This document shows positions 13,290 to 27,600 of a stretch of 64,000 bases of DNA, piece after piece; positions within the stretch are counted from its first letter, which is position 1; every line of letters begins with the position of its first letter. Location: positions 42,844,001 to 42,908,000 of the forward strand of contig NC_087245.1 of assembly GCF_037042905.1 (NCBI RefSeq). The letters run 5' to 3'. The notes beneath the pieces were generated by a model. That model searched no databases, was not told the origin of the DNA, and was given only the letters and a program-made list of their open reading frames with translations. The position numbers were made by a program, and so were the translations under genes. This DNA comes from Lytechinus pictus (Eukaryota).

Positions 13290-13930
13290 CGTTTGGAATG
13301 GGGGGGGGGGCAAAACCAAAAGAGTGCACTTATATGTCAAAGTGGGCATTCTGGTTCAAACGGATGCTTTCACCATGAGATTATCATACGTGAAGTAGTT
13401 GTGTGTTTGTAGTAAATAATTTTACCAAAGCCTTTTTGAAGTGATTTCTGATTGATAAGATATATTTAGGCTTTATTTCCTCCGCGAAACCGCGTAGCGA
13501 GCGAGTTTGGAAAAAATTTAAATCTGAAGGTGTAAAACTCATTTTTGGTCAATTATGGCGCTAATTACTGTTAAAAGGGCATCCTTGCGAGAGTTGCAAA
13601 CGCGAGCCCAAACTCTTGTTATAAGACATGAAAATTAAACATTCTGAGCAGTTTTTGTAACCATCGATGTGTATCTAGACAAAGAATGAACTCGAGCGCG
13701 AAGCTCGAGCTGAAATTTTGAATATACAGATTAGAAAAGATACCTGTTAATTACTGCATTTAGTGACTCATAAATAGGATGCATGATATAATGCGAGCGC
13801 GAAGCGCGAGCTGAAAATTCTAACCTGAAAACCAGACCTTCTAAGTTTTTTTTGTAACCATGAACAGGATAAGTACCTTACTAAACAATATTTGATGCGA
13901 GCGAGAAGTGCGAGCCCAACATTTTGAAAA
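13290..13930. repeat. Fragment of the GCGAGCGCGAAGCGCGAGC interspersed repeat family
   Basis: Several motif copies (for example 13793-13811) and a poly-G head, as in the hAT-like elements downstream. Confidence 0.6.
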
Positions 13931-14830
13931 AAAAGTATTTTTCGTTTTGAAAAAAAATTGTATTTTTCCCCTTTATACGGGGATTTTTTCCCGCCACCCC
14001 TATAACAGACAGTCACTCATCCGCAAGAATCCTTGCGGCGAACCGACACTCCATGAGTCCATGGTCATGGCGTTGTGAAATGAGCCTTGTCCAAAATGTC
14101 CTTTACTATGGAAAGAACGACATCTTTTCAGTAACAAAATACAATTGTCACAAATAAATTGTTTTGCTGTTATTTTATTTTTATTTTCAGTAATAAACGC
14201 TTAATTTTTTTTAACCCTCCTGCTGTACAATGTAAACTTCTCGCTATATCCCTTTTCCATATAATTTACATCACATTCAATAAAGTCATGTTCATTATAT
14301 TTTAAGAATCCTTGCGGCGAACCGACACTCCTGACTCAGTCCGTACTAGCAGAGAGAAGCTCTGGATGAGACGACTTCGCACCACCCAACCTCATGGCCT
14401 GAACATCCAAGAGGGGAACGACTGATTATTCTTTCCTATCCACTTTCAATTTATATATACATATCATTTTTCCCCTCAGCTCTTTTAAATAGTTACATTA
14501 TAGTTTCTTCCTCTACTTTCCTCCCATATCTCATACAAGCTCAGCTCCAATTTTTCCTTCCTTATTCAGGCGATATAATAATTATTATATATATATATTT
14601 TTTTTTCTCCACTCACCTCTCTTAGATTTACCACTTTTGCTTTTTTACATGTATACTATGGTTTCTTCATAATACACCCCCTCTCTTCTATATTTGCTTT
14701 TACCTTTTTAGGCAATTTGCTTCCTCTTTTTCACATATACAGGTTTTTTTTTTCCTATTGTATAGTCCTATGTTTTTTTCCCGTCACACCTAGCGGATTA
14801 CAATATCAGTTACACCATATGTGTATTTAT

Positions 14831-15100
14831 TTGAAACAGAGGGTTGTGGGTTCGAATCCCAGCCATGGCGTAATTTCCTTCGGCAAGAAATGTATCCACA
14901 TTGTGCTGCACTCAACCCAGGTGAGGTGAATGGGTACCTGGCAGGAATTTATTCCTTGAAATGCGTGTGCGCTGTAATCTTAGTAATTACGGCTGCCAAG
15001 CTACAGCTGGGGTAATAATATCCAAGTCCTTTGGAAGCGCATAGAGACATTATTCATAATCGTGATATGCGCTATACAAGAACTGTTTATTATTATTATT
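14831..15100 (+). mobile_element. 5'-truncated tRNA-derived SINE with L2-type tail
   Basis: B box GGTTCGAATCC at 14849; central CAACCCAGGTG...AATGGGTACC block; AAGCGC...GCGCTATACAAG followed by a (TTA)n tail. Confidence 0.8.
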
Positions 15101-15589
15101 TATATTTTTTCATATACATTTCTTTTTTGGATATATTAATATACATATCACTTATAGATACATATTTACACTTACCTTCTTCTCTTAGTTTGTTTAATGC
15201 TTTATCATATATACTTATATGTCTTTTGCACATTATCAGTTGTTCCCCATTCTTTTCCTTTTTCCCCCACTCTTATGCAACAGTTTATTATGCCTTTCTT
15301 TGTAACCTGTTTGACCCACCTCTCACTAATTCTCTGGTTATTCATCCCTCTATCACTGTTTTGTTCCAGATCCTGTTTGATGTTGCCTGCCTCATTGTCT
15401 TAATCCCTCTTGGCCTTACTTACACTAACTTCCCTTTGTGTCTGCCTACTCCTTTTCTTTCATCCCCTTCACTAACCTGATTGGTCTTCTCTACTCACTA
15501 ATGCCCCTTTTGTCTCCTTGTTTCTAGTGTTGCTGTAGCTTGTCTGTGGTCTATATTATGGTTGTTCCACTTTATATGTTTGTCATTTT

Positions 15590-15628
15590 GCCTCCGACGA
15601 AGATTCTGCTAGGATCGAAAGCTTAGGC
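15590..15628 (+). ncRNA. Minimal type I hammerhead ribozyme (Penelope-associated)
   Basis: Stem I GCCT/AGGC, core CCGACGA, stem II GATTCT-GCT-AGGATC, then GAAA and a palindromic AAGCTT in place of stem III. Confidence 0.7.
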
Positions 15629-17136
15629 CCCTTTTTGACTTTCTAATTTACTCCATTGGCTCTCTTTTATTAGATAAGCAGTTTTCAGCAGCTTCTTTTT
15701 GCCATTTCATTATATTTTCGTACTTTTGCACTTTGGCCGCACAAGGTCTCTGGTTAAGTTCAATTTGAATGGGTGATTTGTAACTGGTACATACATATAA
15801 AATAATTATATATAATAATAATATTCATCATCATCTCTCGTAATGAATTTTCTCTAACATGCCTGAGATTATAATCTTAAACACATATTGCGTAATTTTA
15901 ATAAACACTTTGTTTGTTTTCCGAATGTGAATTAACATAATTATGATGGTGATAAGATATTTTTTTTTAAAACTGTTTACATGGTTTATATGTAATTGCT
16001 ACTCAGATAACTTCCACATTCAAATGTTTATTGTTAATTGCGGAAATACAAAACCATTTTTGTTTTATACTGAGGATACCATTACATCCTATTTTTTAAA
16101 TCCCTATTGATGTTATTGTTTTGTTTTGTGTGTGTGCCTTTTCATACAGTGAAAGAATACCAGCATTTTTATTCCATTTCATATTGATATTTGCTTTGAA
16201 ATTCTATATACAAAGATATAATAAAAAACTTTCAATGTGGTAGAAAGATTAATACGTTCCCAAGCCTGCACTATTTGTGCGTGTGTGTGTAAAAAGAAGG
16301 TATTTTCGTTTATCAATAGACCAATTCGGGTTGGAGCCTGTTTTTATAGTAATTTCTTACTAGGGGCTTCATGTATACCCATTACCCATAACCCATTACA
16401 AAATTAACATATATTCAAATTACACAAAATCAACCAACGAAAATAAAGAGAATGGAAAAGCCAACTGAAAGTGGAAAAGTCTAATTCATAAAAATAACCA
16501 ATAAGAGATAGAGGATGGAGATGAATAAGATGTTGGGATGATTACATAATAGGAATGTTGAACAAAAGAATCAGATGTGGGAATGTAATGAATGAACACA
16601 TCTGAATAGGAAAGGAATGACAGGAGAAGCAGGTTGAAAGTCAAATGTAAATGGATGACAACAAAAGCATGAAGAATGTAAACAAAGCTGAACTAAATAC
16701 CAAAGCTTGAACTGTAAATAACTATTAAAGGAAACCAAATGTCAAAATAACAGTCCTACATTCATACATCAGATTTCTAAGTTCGATTTTATTTCAAACA
16801 GAGAATATGATACAAAATCATTTCATACAATATTTAATATCTTTCCCCCATGCCTAAATCATTTTTAAATCCCCTTTAAATCCAGCCATCAAGCAAAACG
16901 GCGCTTGGCATGTATGAATAAATGAAGAACCGAAATTTATTTTCGGAATGATTCACCGAAATTATCTTCTACCACAAACACATGCACGTATACAATAATT
17001 GCATTTAGAAATCAAAAGCAAAGAAATAATTATTATGAGAATAATTAAAGTAAGTTTTCTGTGTCAGTATTTCAGTTAATCCTTAAATCACTTTTCTTGT
17101 GATTTAATCATCACCAAATACTCTCCCATGACCATC

Positions 17137-17215
17137 ATACATACATACACACACATACATACATAACAGGTACTTATATAGCGCTTTACCAAAAATATGA
17201 TCAAAGCGCTTTACA
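17137..17215 (-). mobile_element. L2/SINE-type 3' tail
   Basis: Minus strand TGTAAAGCGCTTTGA...AAAGCGCTATATAAG followed by (TATG)n. Confidence 0.55.
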
Positions 17216-18462
17216 ATAACTAAATAGTAATGATAATAATGAAATTACATTAAACAGCACTTAAAAATGTATCTACGGGGACTGGTGTCTGATCTTAATA
17301 CCTGTTCACCCGCACTTTAAGGAATGATGATGATGATCATCATCATCATCTCCATCATGGCCTTCATTTTCACCATTATCACCATAATCCTCATTCTTAT
17401 CATCTCCATCTTCATCATTATAAAATTATGAACAAAATAACATTTCCATTCTGCTTTATAAATGTATTTATTAATTTAATGAGTTTTATTCTGGGGTTGT
17501 CATTTTTTTCAAGCAATCTGCTTATAATGACAATCCTTCTCCTGCAAACTGTAAATGTTATAATTCTTTTTTTGTTGTTGGTAGTAGATCTTTAGAATGA
17601 CTTTTTTATATTTAGTTTTGTTTTTATGTATGATTCATACCAAAATCAATTACCGATATATTATGTTTGGTACGTAATGGAAATTGTATTATAAACGAAT
17701 GTTATGAATGCAGAAGAAAACAATAAATAAAATCAAATACAAAGCAAAAGAAAAAAAACCCTGTCTAAGTCGACTAATATAACACAACATAATTATTTTA
17801 CACTGTTTGATACACCAAGCGCCTCGAATACTCTACAAAGTGTTTTGTGACATAACGTCATATTACATGTTCATAACTGTTCCTTTTTCACACGTAATAA
17901 TTCCATCAACAAACTTATGGACTGGTAATATCATTTTGTAGTCACAGATAAGCAAGGTCATTGACCTCCATTTCCTCGGCTCTTTAGTACGCTCATCCTA
18001 TATACCAAATAGTCAGGTAATAACATCTGATACAAATCTAGATATAATCATGACATTCAATTAGACTTTATACTAGATTTTCCTTTTAAAATATGGCTAA
18101 AACACCTGCGTAATAATATGATCAATTCTGTTTGATTCTGGTACTTATGCCATGTATACCTTGTTTTGCGTTGCAAACCTTTTCACATTTTAAACATTTT
18201 GTTGTTGTTGAAAATTTACATAACGAGTTAATTGATAACGTTGGAAACAAAAAGGGGGGTTAGTGTGTGTGTTGGGGTGTGCATTGTGAGACAAAGAAAG
18301 AGAGAGAGAAAGAAAGAATTTTAGAAAGAAATACAGAAAGAAAAAAAAAGGGGGAAAGAAAGAAAAGAAAAGAAAAGAAAGAAAGGAAGGAAGAAAGGAA
18401 GAAAAAATAAAGAAAGAAAGAATAAAGAAAGAAATAGGCGACAAAGTTAGAAAGTAAAATTT

Positions 18463-18641
18463 TTACAATCTTTTCTCAGCTCTAATGCGGAAATCAGGCG
18501 GTATCAATGCAATTCCAGGTATTGGTTCAGTATTTGTCGGTGAATCCTCAGACAAGTAAAAGTTGAATCTTTGAAGGAGACACGTGAAAGCCAGGAAGAG
18601 TTCCATCTTTGCCAATATCTCTCCCAAGCACGAACGACTCC
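18463..18641 (-). CDS. CYP2-clan P450 exon 6 (heme Cys; absent from the ORF track)
   Basis: CATAG acceptor, then (G)[27 protein letters not shown]...RIRAEKRL*. Confidence 0.93.
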
Positions 18642-21600
18642 CTATGAAGATTAAAGTAATATATCAATTGGTATATCATCAAAGTGATTGGAATTGGCTG
18701 TTGAAAAGGATTTTGATAATAACAAATAATAATTAACATTATTTGTATACTGCATATCATAAAACATGTCTCTAAGCGCTAAGAAAAAAATAGAAAGAGA
18801 GAAGGAATTTCAGCAAAATGACCCTGAAATTTACTGCAATTACCAGGGTTACAGGTAAATGTGCAGATGAGGATTACTGTGTATGCAAATTGCGCAAAAG
18901 TATGAAATTATAAAATCATTATGTTGTAAAACCTAACAAATAAATTCAAAGGTAAAAAGAAATATCAAACCAACATGACGCTGAAAATTTCATCAAATCT
19001 GTTGGTAAAGATTTCACAAAAATAGTTTCATCTTCCCTGTCGGTTTCCAATATGAACCCGATGACGTCACTCGTTATTTTTTTCTTTTGTATTCATTTTC
19101 TCTTTAACATAATACAAACACATGAGAGAGTTTCTGGTTAAAACTATGGACAAAGGTGCCCCTAATTATTACTCTTCACCGCGAGTAGCCCTCGGGAGAA
19201 TAGTACTATGTAATGTTCCTTCGATGTGAATAGTTTCACCGAGATCCCCGTGTGCGTCATTGTAATTTGAATACAATTTGGGAAATGTCGTCTAAAAAGT
19301 GACGTCATTTTCGAAATAGTATAACATAAAGTGTCAATCATGCCAACATTCTGAAATAATTGAAATTACCTTTAAATACGAGAAGCTATTTCAACCAATC
19401 ACAGAAGGATAAATATTTGATCCCAAATATAAAGTGAAATAAAGCTTTATTTCTTCCGGAAATAGTAAAATTTCAATTGTTGTTGCATATACAACTTTTT
19501 GTGAAACAAGGTGAATTTCAAAAAATGTAGTAACTCTCTTATTTTTCATTAAATTTTGATGAAATTGTCAGGCCCAAATTCACAAAGGTGGTTTTTAAAA
19601 CCATCGGTTGAACCCATGGTTTATGCAGATTTCCTGTATAAATTACGCTTATTTACCGTGTATATTAAAAAAATGTCCAATGCTGATGCGCGCTTTTGTC
19701 ACAGTGACACCTGTTGCCGTGGTTATCCACGCTATTCTATTCATGAGTCTACCGTTTTCAATTAATGAGCCCACTCTTCAAACAGTGAACTCATGAATAA
19801 AATAGCGTACTTAACCATGGCAACAGACGCCTCGCGAAACTTTTAAGCCTAAATTCGCGATGCGGGGTACGCGGTTCCGAAGTTACACAACATTTCGTAA
19901 GTGTATGCCAGACCTAAAAATTGCTCAAAACGTGATTTCATGGTATACAAATCCAATGCAATTCTGCATTTAGCCAAAATTCTTAAAGGTCAAGTCCACT
20001 CCAGGAAAAATATTGATTTGAATAAAAAGAGAAAAATCAAACTAGCAAATGCTGAAAATTTCATCAAAATCGGAAGTAAAATAAGAAAGTTATGACATTT
20101 TAAAGTTTTGCTTATTTTCACAAAACTGTGATAATCACAACTCAAATGAGATAGTCGATGATGTCCCTCATTCACTATTTTTTTTTTATTGTTTGAATTA
20201 TACAATATTTCATTTTTATAGATTTGACAATAAGGACCAACTTGACTGAATCATAATATGATTATTATAGTATTATTATTATTATATTATACAGTGCCTA
20301 TCAAAATAAAAAGTTTACACTTTGAAAAAGCACTGGGAATTAACAAAATATACAACATGTGGGTAATTTTTTCACATATAATCTTGGGTTTGGGTCTTAT
20401 CTATCCAATGAAAGTAAAAGTTTTGACAGAATGTTACACTTGAGTGAGCACTGTCCATTTTTGTAAAGCTCGCAGAAATCTGTTTGCGCAGAAACGCTCG
20501 TTTTCACGCTGTGTCAAGGGGAAAGGGCGAAATCAAACTTATCCTGCGAAACATTTCTCATACATTTCCCTTGCACTTTAAGTCAATTGAAATAAAACGG
20601 ATACATTCAAGCATTTTGTAACAGTTTTGCCACCCAAATTGAAATTTCAACACTTAGTCAGCACAACCTTTACCCCATTTTGTGCCAGCTAGATCTGAGG
20701 ACATAACTGAATCTGAACAAAAGTTTATATCAGACATCTCCAGCATTTTTCACTAAGTTTTTATCATTTAAAGTGGTTTAACATTTCAATTTTCATTTGA
20801 TACTTGTTTCTCCACACTTTTTCCAAGCTTGACAAATCAAGCCTAAGTCATTTCATGTAAATCACAGCTCAGTGTAAAGCAAATATCGTCACGATGGCCT
20901 CGGTGTTTGGGGGAGTGGGGTGGGGCGCAATGCACTCTTCGAAGTGTTTTGGGCAAGGAAACTAAGTTAAAAAAGGTGAAAGCAGTGGCGTAACTACGGG
21001 GGGGGGGGCATGGGGGGCACGTGCCCCCCCAATCAGCTGGCAAAAAAAAAAAAAAAAAAAAAAAAGGGGAGAAAAGGGAGAAAAAGAGGGAGAAGAAAGA
21101 AACGTAGTGGGAAAGAAGAATTTCTTGTTCATTATAATGTTATATTATATTATATGTTGTGTTATATTACATAAGAATTTTTTTTTTCATAACTTTATGA
21201 AACATAATGTGCTCAGGGCCTATTTGTTCATTATTCCTGGTACTAGCATTGTCTGTTTAACGATATATACATGTACAATCATGTTGTACCAAAACGTCCT
21301 GTTTTCAAGTCAATATGCACCAAATATATATCATCGCACTTCGAGTTATTATTGTTTTATGTAGTGACATATGCTTCTTTTCATGACTACTTAAAGTGAT
21401 AGCCCCATTTTAAGGTCTGTATATAAAAAAAATCCTTGTTCGTGTTCGTGCTTACGTTCGAATTAGTGGATTGATGAGATTTGTCTGCTCCTCATGAATT
21501 CCTGAAATCGGTCCTTAAAATGTCTCTTTTTCTAATGTAAATATCAAAAATATTCAGCTCGCGCTTCGCGCTCGCATCATTTGTTTAGTGAAATACGTAT

Positions 21601-24600
21601 GGTAATAGTAGATTCCTACAAACAAGCCTTAGAATGCCCCTCTTCAGATCTGAATTTCCTATATCTTCAGCTCGCACTTTGCGCTACTGAGATGCGTATG
21701 ATAATCATGATTACTATGACTACAAAAAGCTCTTCATGTGTTTGAATGTGATTCTAACAAAATCAGCAATCGCTTGGCACTCGCATTGGATGACTATGGT
21801 GATATATGTATACTCTTAATGGATTAAAAAAAAGAAATAGTCCTTAAAATGTCCCTGTTTGGGGTCAATATATACAAAATTTTCAGCTCGCGCTTCGCGC
21901 TCGCATCATTTTGTACGTGAAGTACGTATGGTCTTCGTAAATTCCTACAAACAAGCCTTAGAATGCTTCTCTTCAGGTCTGAATTTCCTAAATTTTTAGC
22001 TCGCGCTTCGCTCTCGCAATATTTGATTAGTGAGATGCGTATTTTAATCATGATTACAATGACTACAAAAGGTGTTTCATGTTTTCTAACAAAATCAGCA
22101 AGCGCTTGGCACTCAAATTAGATGAGTATGGTGAGATATGTATTCTCTTATTTGATTTCTAAAAAATAGTCCTTAAACTGTTTCTGTTTGGGGTCAATAA
22201 ATATAAAAATTTCAGCTCGCACTTCGCGCTCGCATTGTTTGTTTAGCGAGACAGATACGTATTTTTTTTTTTTTTAATAGCTTATTTTGACCATTTTAAG
22301 GTATGAATTTCAAAAATGTTCAGCTCGCGCTTCGCGCTCGCATCATTTGATCAGTGAGATACATTACATATCCGTTTAATGGCACAGTCCTTAAAATGTC
22401 TCTATATAAGGTCAATAGGCCCATACCTGGTAATTGAGCGCGATTTGCGCGCTCACTGAGCGACTCAAAATGTTTGCTGGTGCCCCCCCATGCCGTGACC
22501 CACGGTACGCCACTGGGTGAAAGATATCTTCAAATCAATTTGACTAGCTAAACTCCACGTGTTCTTCATGATTAAGGTCTACTTTTATTCACATAACTAT
22601 TTGAAAGTTCTGCGCAAATCATTTTTCATTAACTGTTCAAAAGTAAGCGATGCTCACTCAAGCGGAAATATTTTTCGACAGTTATATCGTCATTTGCTTA
22701 AATGTATCTGTACCAATGTTAAAATGTGGAAAAATCTTCAGGATATTACAAATGTATGATTTTACAGGATTTTTTCTAAGTGTAAACTTTTTTTTGATAC
22801 GCACTGTAGTATTAAACAATGCTCATTCCACATGTTCAAGGAGGAATTAATCGTTGTTTCACCTGACAATGAGGAGAAAAAATGAATATTTCATATTTCA
22901 TGTAATAAAATACAAAAAAAGTGAGTGGATGACGTCATCAGTCTCCTCATTTGCCTACCCACCAGGGTGTGCAATATAACTGTGTTGTGAAATTAAGCAA
23001 AACTTAAAAATGTCATAACTTTCTTATTTTACATCCGATTTTGATGAAATTGTCAGTGTTATGCTTGTTGGATTTTTCCCTTTTTATTCAAATCAGCTTT
23101 TTGTTAGGGTGGACTTGTCCTTTAAATGCATCTTTATTTTTACTTTTATTGATTAAAAACAATTGATTTCATGTTATATAGGACTGAAATAGTGTCGCTG
23201 ACAATTTTCATTGAAAAAAACAAAGAAATACATAGGAAATTTACGAAACAACGAACCAGTGGCGTAACTAAGGGGAGGGGGAGGGCACTTGCCCATCCCC
23301 ATCGGCTGCCCCCCCCCCCCAACATAAAAAAAGAAACGGGGGGGGGGGGAGGAGAAAAAGAGAGAGAAAGGAGAAAGGGAGGAAAAAGAGGGAGAAAGGA
23401 AGAGATACGGAGTGGGAAATACGAAATTATTGTGCAATATAATATGATATAATATTATATTACATAAATATTTTTTTCATAACTTTATGAAATATAATTT
23501 GCTTAGGGCCGATGTGTTCATCGTTAGTTCCTGGTGCTCGCATGACATGTGCTTCTGTTTCACGACTACTTATAGTGATTGCCCCCTTTTAAGGTATAAA
23601 TATAAAAAAATTCCAGTCCGTGCTTATATTCGCATTAGTGGATTGGTGAGATATGTCTGCTCTTCATGAATTCCTAAAATCAGTCCTTAAAATGCTCCCT
23701 TTTCTGATCTGAATATCAAATATTTTCAGCTCGCGCTTCGCGCACGCATCATTTGGTTAGTATTATACGTATGGTCTTCGTGAATTCCTACAAACAAATC
23801 CTTAAAATGCCCTTCGGATCTGAATTTCCTGAATTTTAAGCTCGCGCTTCGCGCTCGCAATAGTTGATTAGTGAAATGCGTATTACAATAACAAAAAAAA
23901 CTGCTTCATATGCTTAGATATAAATCTAACAAATCAGTTAGCGCTTGGCACTCGCACACGTATACTATTAATGGATTTCTAAAAAAAATTGTCCTTAAAA
24001 TGTTCATGTTTGGGGGTAAATATAAACAAGAATTTCAGCTCGCGCTTTGCGCTCGCATTGTTTGTTTAGCGAGACAGGTACGCATCATGACTAGAAATAT
24101 TTGCTTATTATGTCCCTGCTTAAGTATGAATATCAAAATTTTCACCTCGCGCTTAGCGCTCGCATTATTTGATCAGTAAGATATATATCTGTTTAATGGC
24201 ACACTTAAAAACGTCTCTATATAGGTCAGTATACCTGGCAATTAAGCGCGCTTCACACGCCCACTCTAATATAAGTGACTCAACATTTTTGCTGGTGCCC
24301 CCCCCCCCCCCATGAAATGACCCACGGCACGCCACTGCAATGGACAATACATACAAAAGAAAAGTAAAGAATCGTAAAAAGAGCGTCTAGACCAAATTTA
24401 GCAGTTTGGAGCAATATTCAAGGTTTTACAGCCAAATTATCATTGTATGCATTAATTAGCATGATTAATTAATCTAAAATAAGTTTGATTGATTTTGGAA
24501 CAATTGAATAGGTGCCTATCAAATGAGGGACATTACGCCAAGAGGGACGCGCGCGCCAATTTTCGGCGAGATCGCTACCAAGATCATCGATAGGGGAGGG

Positions 24601-27600
24601 GGAGCAGCTCCTATACCTTGCCTGGGCTGTAACAGATCATGAACATATATCCCTTACTTAAAATATGTTGGTGTTTGACTAGTTGAGAACCTTTCACGTG
24701 ACAAATCATAATTTCACCAGAAAAATGAAATTCATCGGAGATCAAAATAGTTCGTTACGTCAGAGTAGAATATATATTTTTTTTATTAAATCCGACTGAA
24801 AACCGCGCAATCATTCGGGCAGAGCGCACGACGGGCTGCCTCCGAGCTCCACCGGCAAGTCTGGTGATGCGACGGCGCAGACGCTTTATCTGGGTCCGCT
24901 AAGCGCAGCAAGTGAAGCCCCCCCCCCCCCCACTTTTTTCTAAAACCGTGTACAAAGACGTAAAAATAATCATATTTTGCATGCTCAGCCCCCCCCCCCC
25001 CCACTGTTGGCTCAGTCCCCCCCCCCTCCCTTTGAAAACCGTTTCGCGGCCCCTGCTTAAGCTGAATATCATAAACTTTCCGATAATTAGAATATCAATG
25101 TGAAATCGCGTCTTGCTTGTTTACAATGATTCTGCATGCTGAAAATGGCCGTCATTCGATCATCGAAAGATTCAGGCTGCTTAATTATAGCGGTAAGTGA
25201 AATTATTAGACGAGCTCACAGCCGCGCCGCGCAATACCAAACCACCTCGAGTAATGCTTGGGAGCCGGCTGGGTAGCAGCCACGCGCAGTCTATTCTGGA
25301 ACCAGCTAGCGTATAGGCGATAAGCCATTTTTGCATAAATTAGAGCTAAGCTGATCTAGATTTTGTCCAGTTCATGGAGATGGGTCAATTAGGACAACAT
25401 TACCAATATTTTTTTCGTTCAAACTTTAATATGGAAGGGATATGAAACAAAATATATCGGGTGTTTCTTTCGAAAGTATAGAGGAAGTATTCCTCGGTTG
25501 GTCCGGCAACCTCGGATAAAATATTTCCTCTATACTTTTTCAAACCCGGTATGACGACGGATTACCGACCACCACCACCAACACCACCACGGCTTGTCAC
25601 TTAAAATCATGCGATATACTTCTAATTGATGTACTACCATGGGCTTACTAAGAACCTACCTGTACCAAATGGAATGAATGCATCCGGTTTGATAATGCTC
25701 TTCCCGTCTTCACTCAGAAATCGTGAAGGATTGAACTTGTCAGGCTGGTCCCAATACTCTGTACTGTGCATGAGCTCCCATATATTCACGAGGACCGCTA
25801 AAATTTTGAAGGCAACAGAAGATGACAAAAAAAAAAACATTGCAATATAAGAATGAGCTTACAAACTAAAGTTGTTACATTAATCTAATTCCCTTTGATA
25901 TGTTGAAGCCATTTTTGATGCCTGTATATGTAAGTGATATGCTTAACTGACTTCTGTTTTGCAGATTGCTTACCAAACGACACCTGCCTGCATGCAGAAT
26001 TGCAGTCAATCCTCAAAGGGGTATTATGTTATACTGATTGCATTTGCTACCACCGGTCTGTTAATACATATGTGTTTTACAGGAAAGGTATTGATTGTGC
26101 AAAAAGGATGTTACTCGACTGGAAATGCATGGCGGCAAACGACTTTGAGACACAAGCCACGTGGGATCCTAGTCGGAGTAAAATTGTTATGCATGAATGG
26201 ATTATAATCCAAAGATATTTATCATATCACAACCCAGACGTAGGCTGTTTTGGACGGAGGAAGGGTCGGAGGGAGCTCAGAGGAAAGGTCGGAGTAGTGC
26301 CTTTCTGGACAGAGTTACGCCTACCTTTCTCCGAACAAATCCTTGTTCGGAGAAATGTAGGTGTCCAGACGGGCACTACTCCGACCTTTCCTCTGAGCTC
26401 CCTCCGACCCTTCTTCCGACCAAACTCCGTCCTACTGGATCCAGGAGTATCGTGGTCGGAGGAAGGCCTGAGTGACTTTAATTATTTTATTAAGGAAATA
26501 ACGCAGAGGGAGACTCTGATCCGCCATCATGGGAGTCAGCGCATCCAGAGGATTATATGGGGATGGGGGCATCTATTGTTGCGACCTTCCAAACACAAAG
26601 GACAATCCTCTTTTCCGACGCCCTGCCCCCCCCCCCCCCGGTCGACTACTGACCTGTTCCTTTAGGAATGGAATATCCTTTGACCACAGTATCCCTACTG
26701 GTGAATCTAGGAAACCCAAGGGGTGCTACTGGTCGAAATCTCTGGATTTCCAAGATAGTTGCCATGGTCAGTGGCATTGCCTCCCTGTCTGCCATCGATG
26801 GTGAGCGATGATCGCCAATAATGCTATCAATTTCAGCTTGCACCTGGAAGATCGTTGGGAGAGTGCATCACAAAATATGATCAGACGTCGTAAAGTATAT
26901 CAGGCCCTGTGAAGTCAAATGTAATTCTTCATCACTGTATCCAAAATGGGTTGTCAAAATATGAAACTGTTTGTATGCAAAGTATTCCCCTACAATTATA
27001 ATCGATTGCCTATTACATCCACCAATAACTTTTGACGTGTAGTCGCTCTTAGACAAATATCGATTCATAACAGTGATAACAAAAATTGTTTTGAAAACAA
27101 AATCAAGACTGTAGACACAGGTCCAGTCAGTTACCACCTCCTGCCATTGTATTCCGTGAGCGGTTTGCATGGTTTGGATGATTTTAATTTGAACGCAAAG
27201 AAGAGAAATATGTTTACAAAATTACTAACGCAAATGATTAAGAAAATTGTTGCTTATTGACATGAAAATTGAATGAATGGCAAACTCGCAAATTTTGAGA
27301 ATATCATTAATTTCATTTAGAATTCTGCATTCGAAGTCGTCTTCATATATCTGACTGAAAAAAAATGCTACAACGTATCCGGACAATTGGTTACGGAAAA
27401 TATCTAGGCCTACCCCTGATAACAACCTTCGTGCTATATCTGTCCGCTATAAGGCTACGTACCCCATGATAATAGCCACCTTTCGCAATCCTCACGGAAG
27501 CTAATATTACGGTCCCCTAACACAAAAGTTAACGCTTAATCATACACTTGATTTTTAAGATTGATTGTACATGATAGTCAATAGAATCAAACGTAGAAAA

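Larger units (their letters stand above)
14306..15740 (+). mobile_element. Penelope-like retroelement 3' end (GIY-YIG C-terminus plus pseudo-LTR)
   Basis: 14306-14425 encodes ...PDSVRTSREKLWMRRLRTTQPHGLNIQEGND*, the RE..W...L.T..P.GLN end of PLE GIY-YIG; pyrimidine-rich UTR; hammerhead at 15590. Confidence 0.8.
19987..23121. mobile_element. Kolobok-like MITE (outer layer of a triple nest)
   Basis: TTAA TSD at 19983-19986 and 23122-23125; TIR AGG(T/A)CAAGTCCAC with long subterminal inverted arms. Confidence 0.8.

Noticed and set aside
18190..18444. Phe/Ser/Leu-rich ORF (similarly 15031-15480)
   Set aside because: Translation of low-complexity purine or pyrimidine tracts.
25934..26665. 243-aa plus-strand ORF
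   Set aside because: Antisense within a CYP intron, crosses a palindromic repeat and has no recognisable domain.
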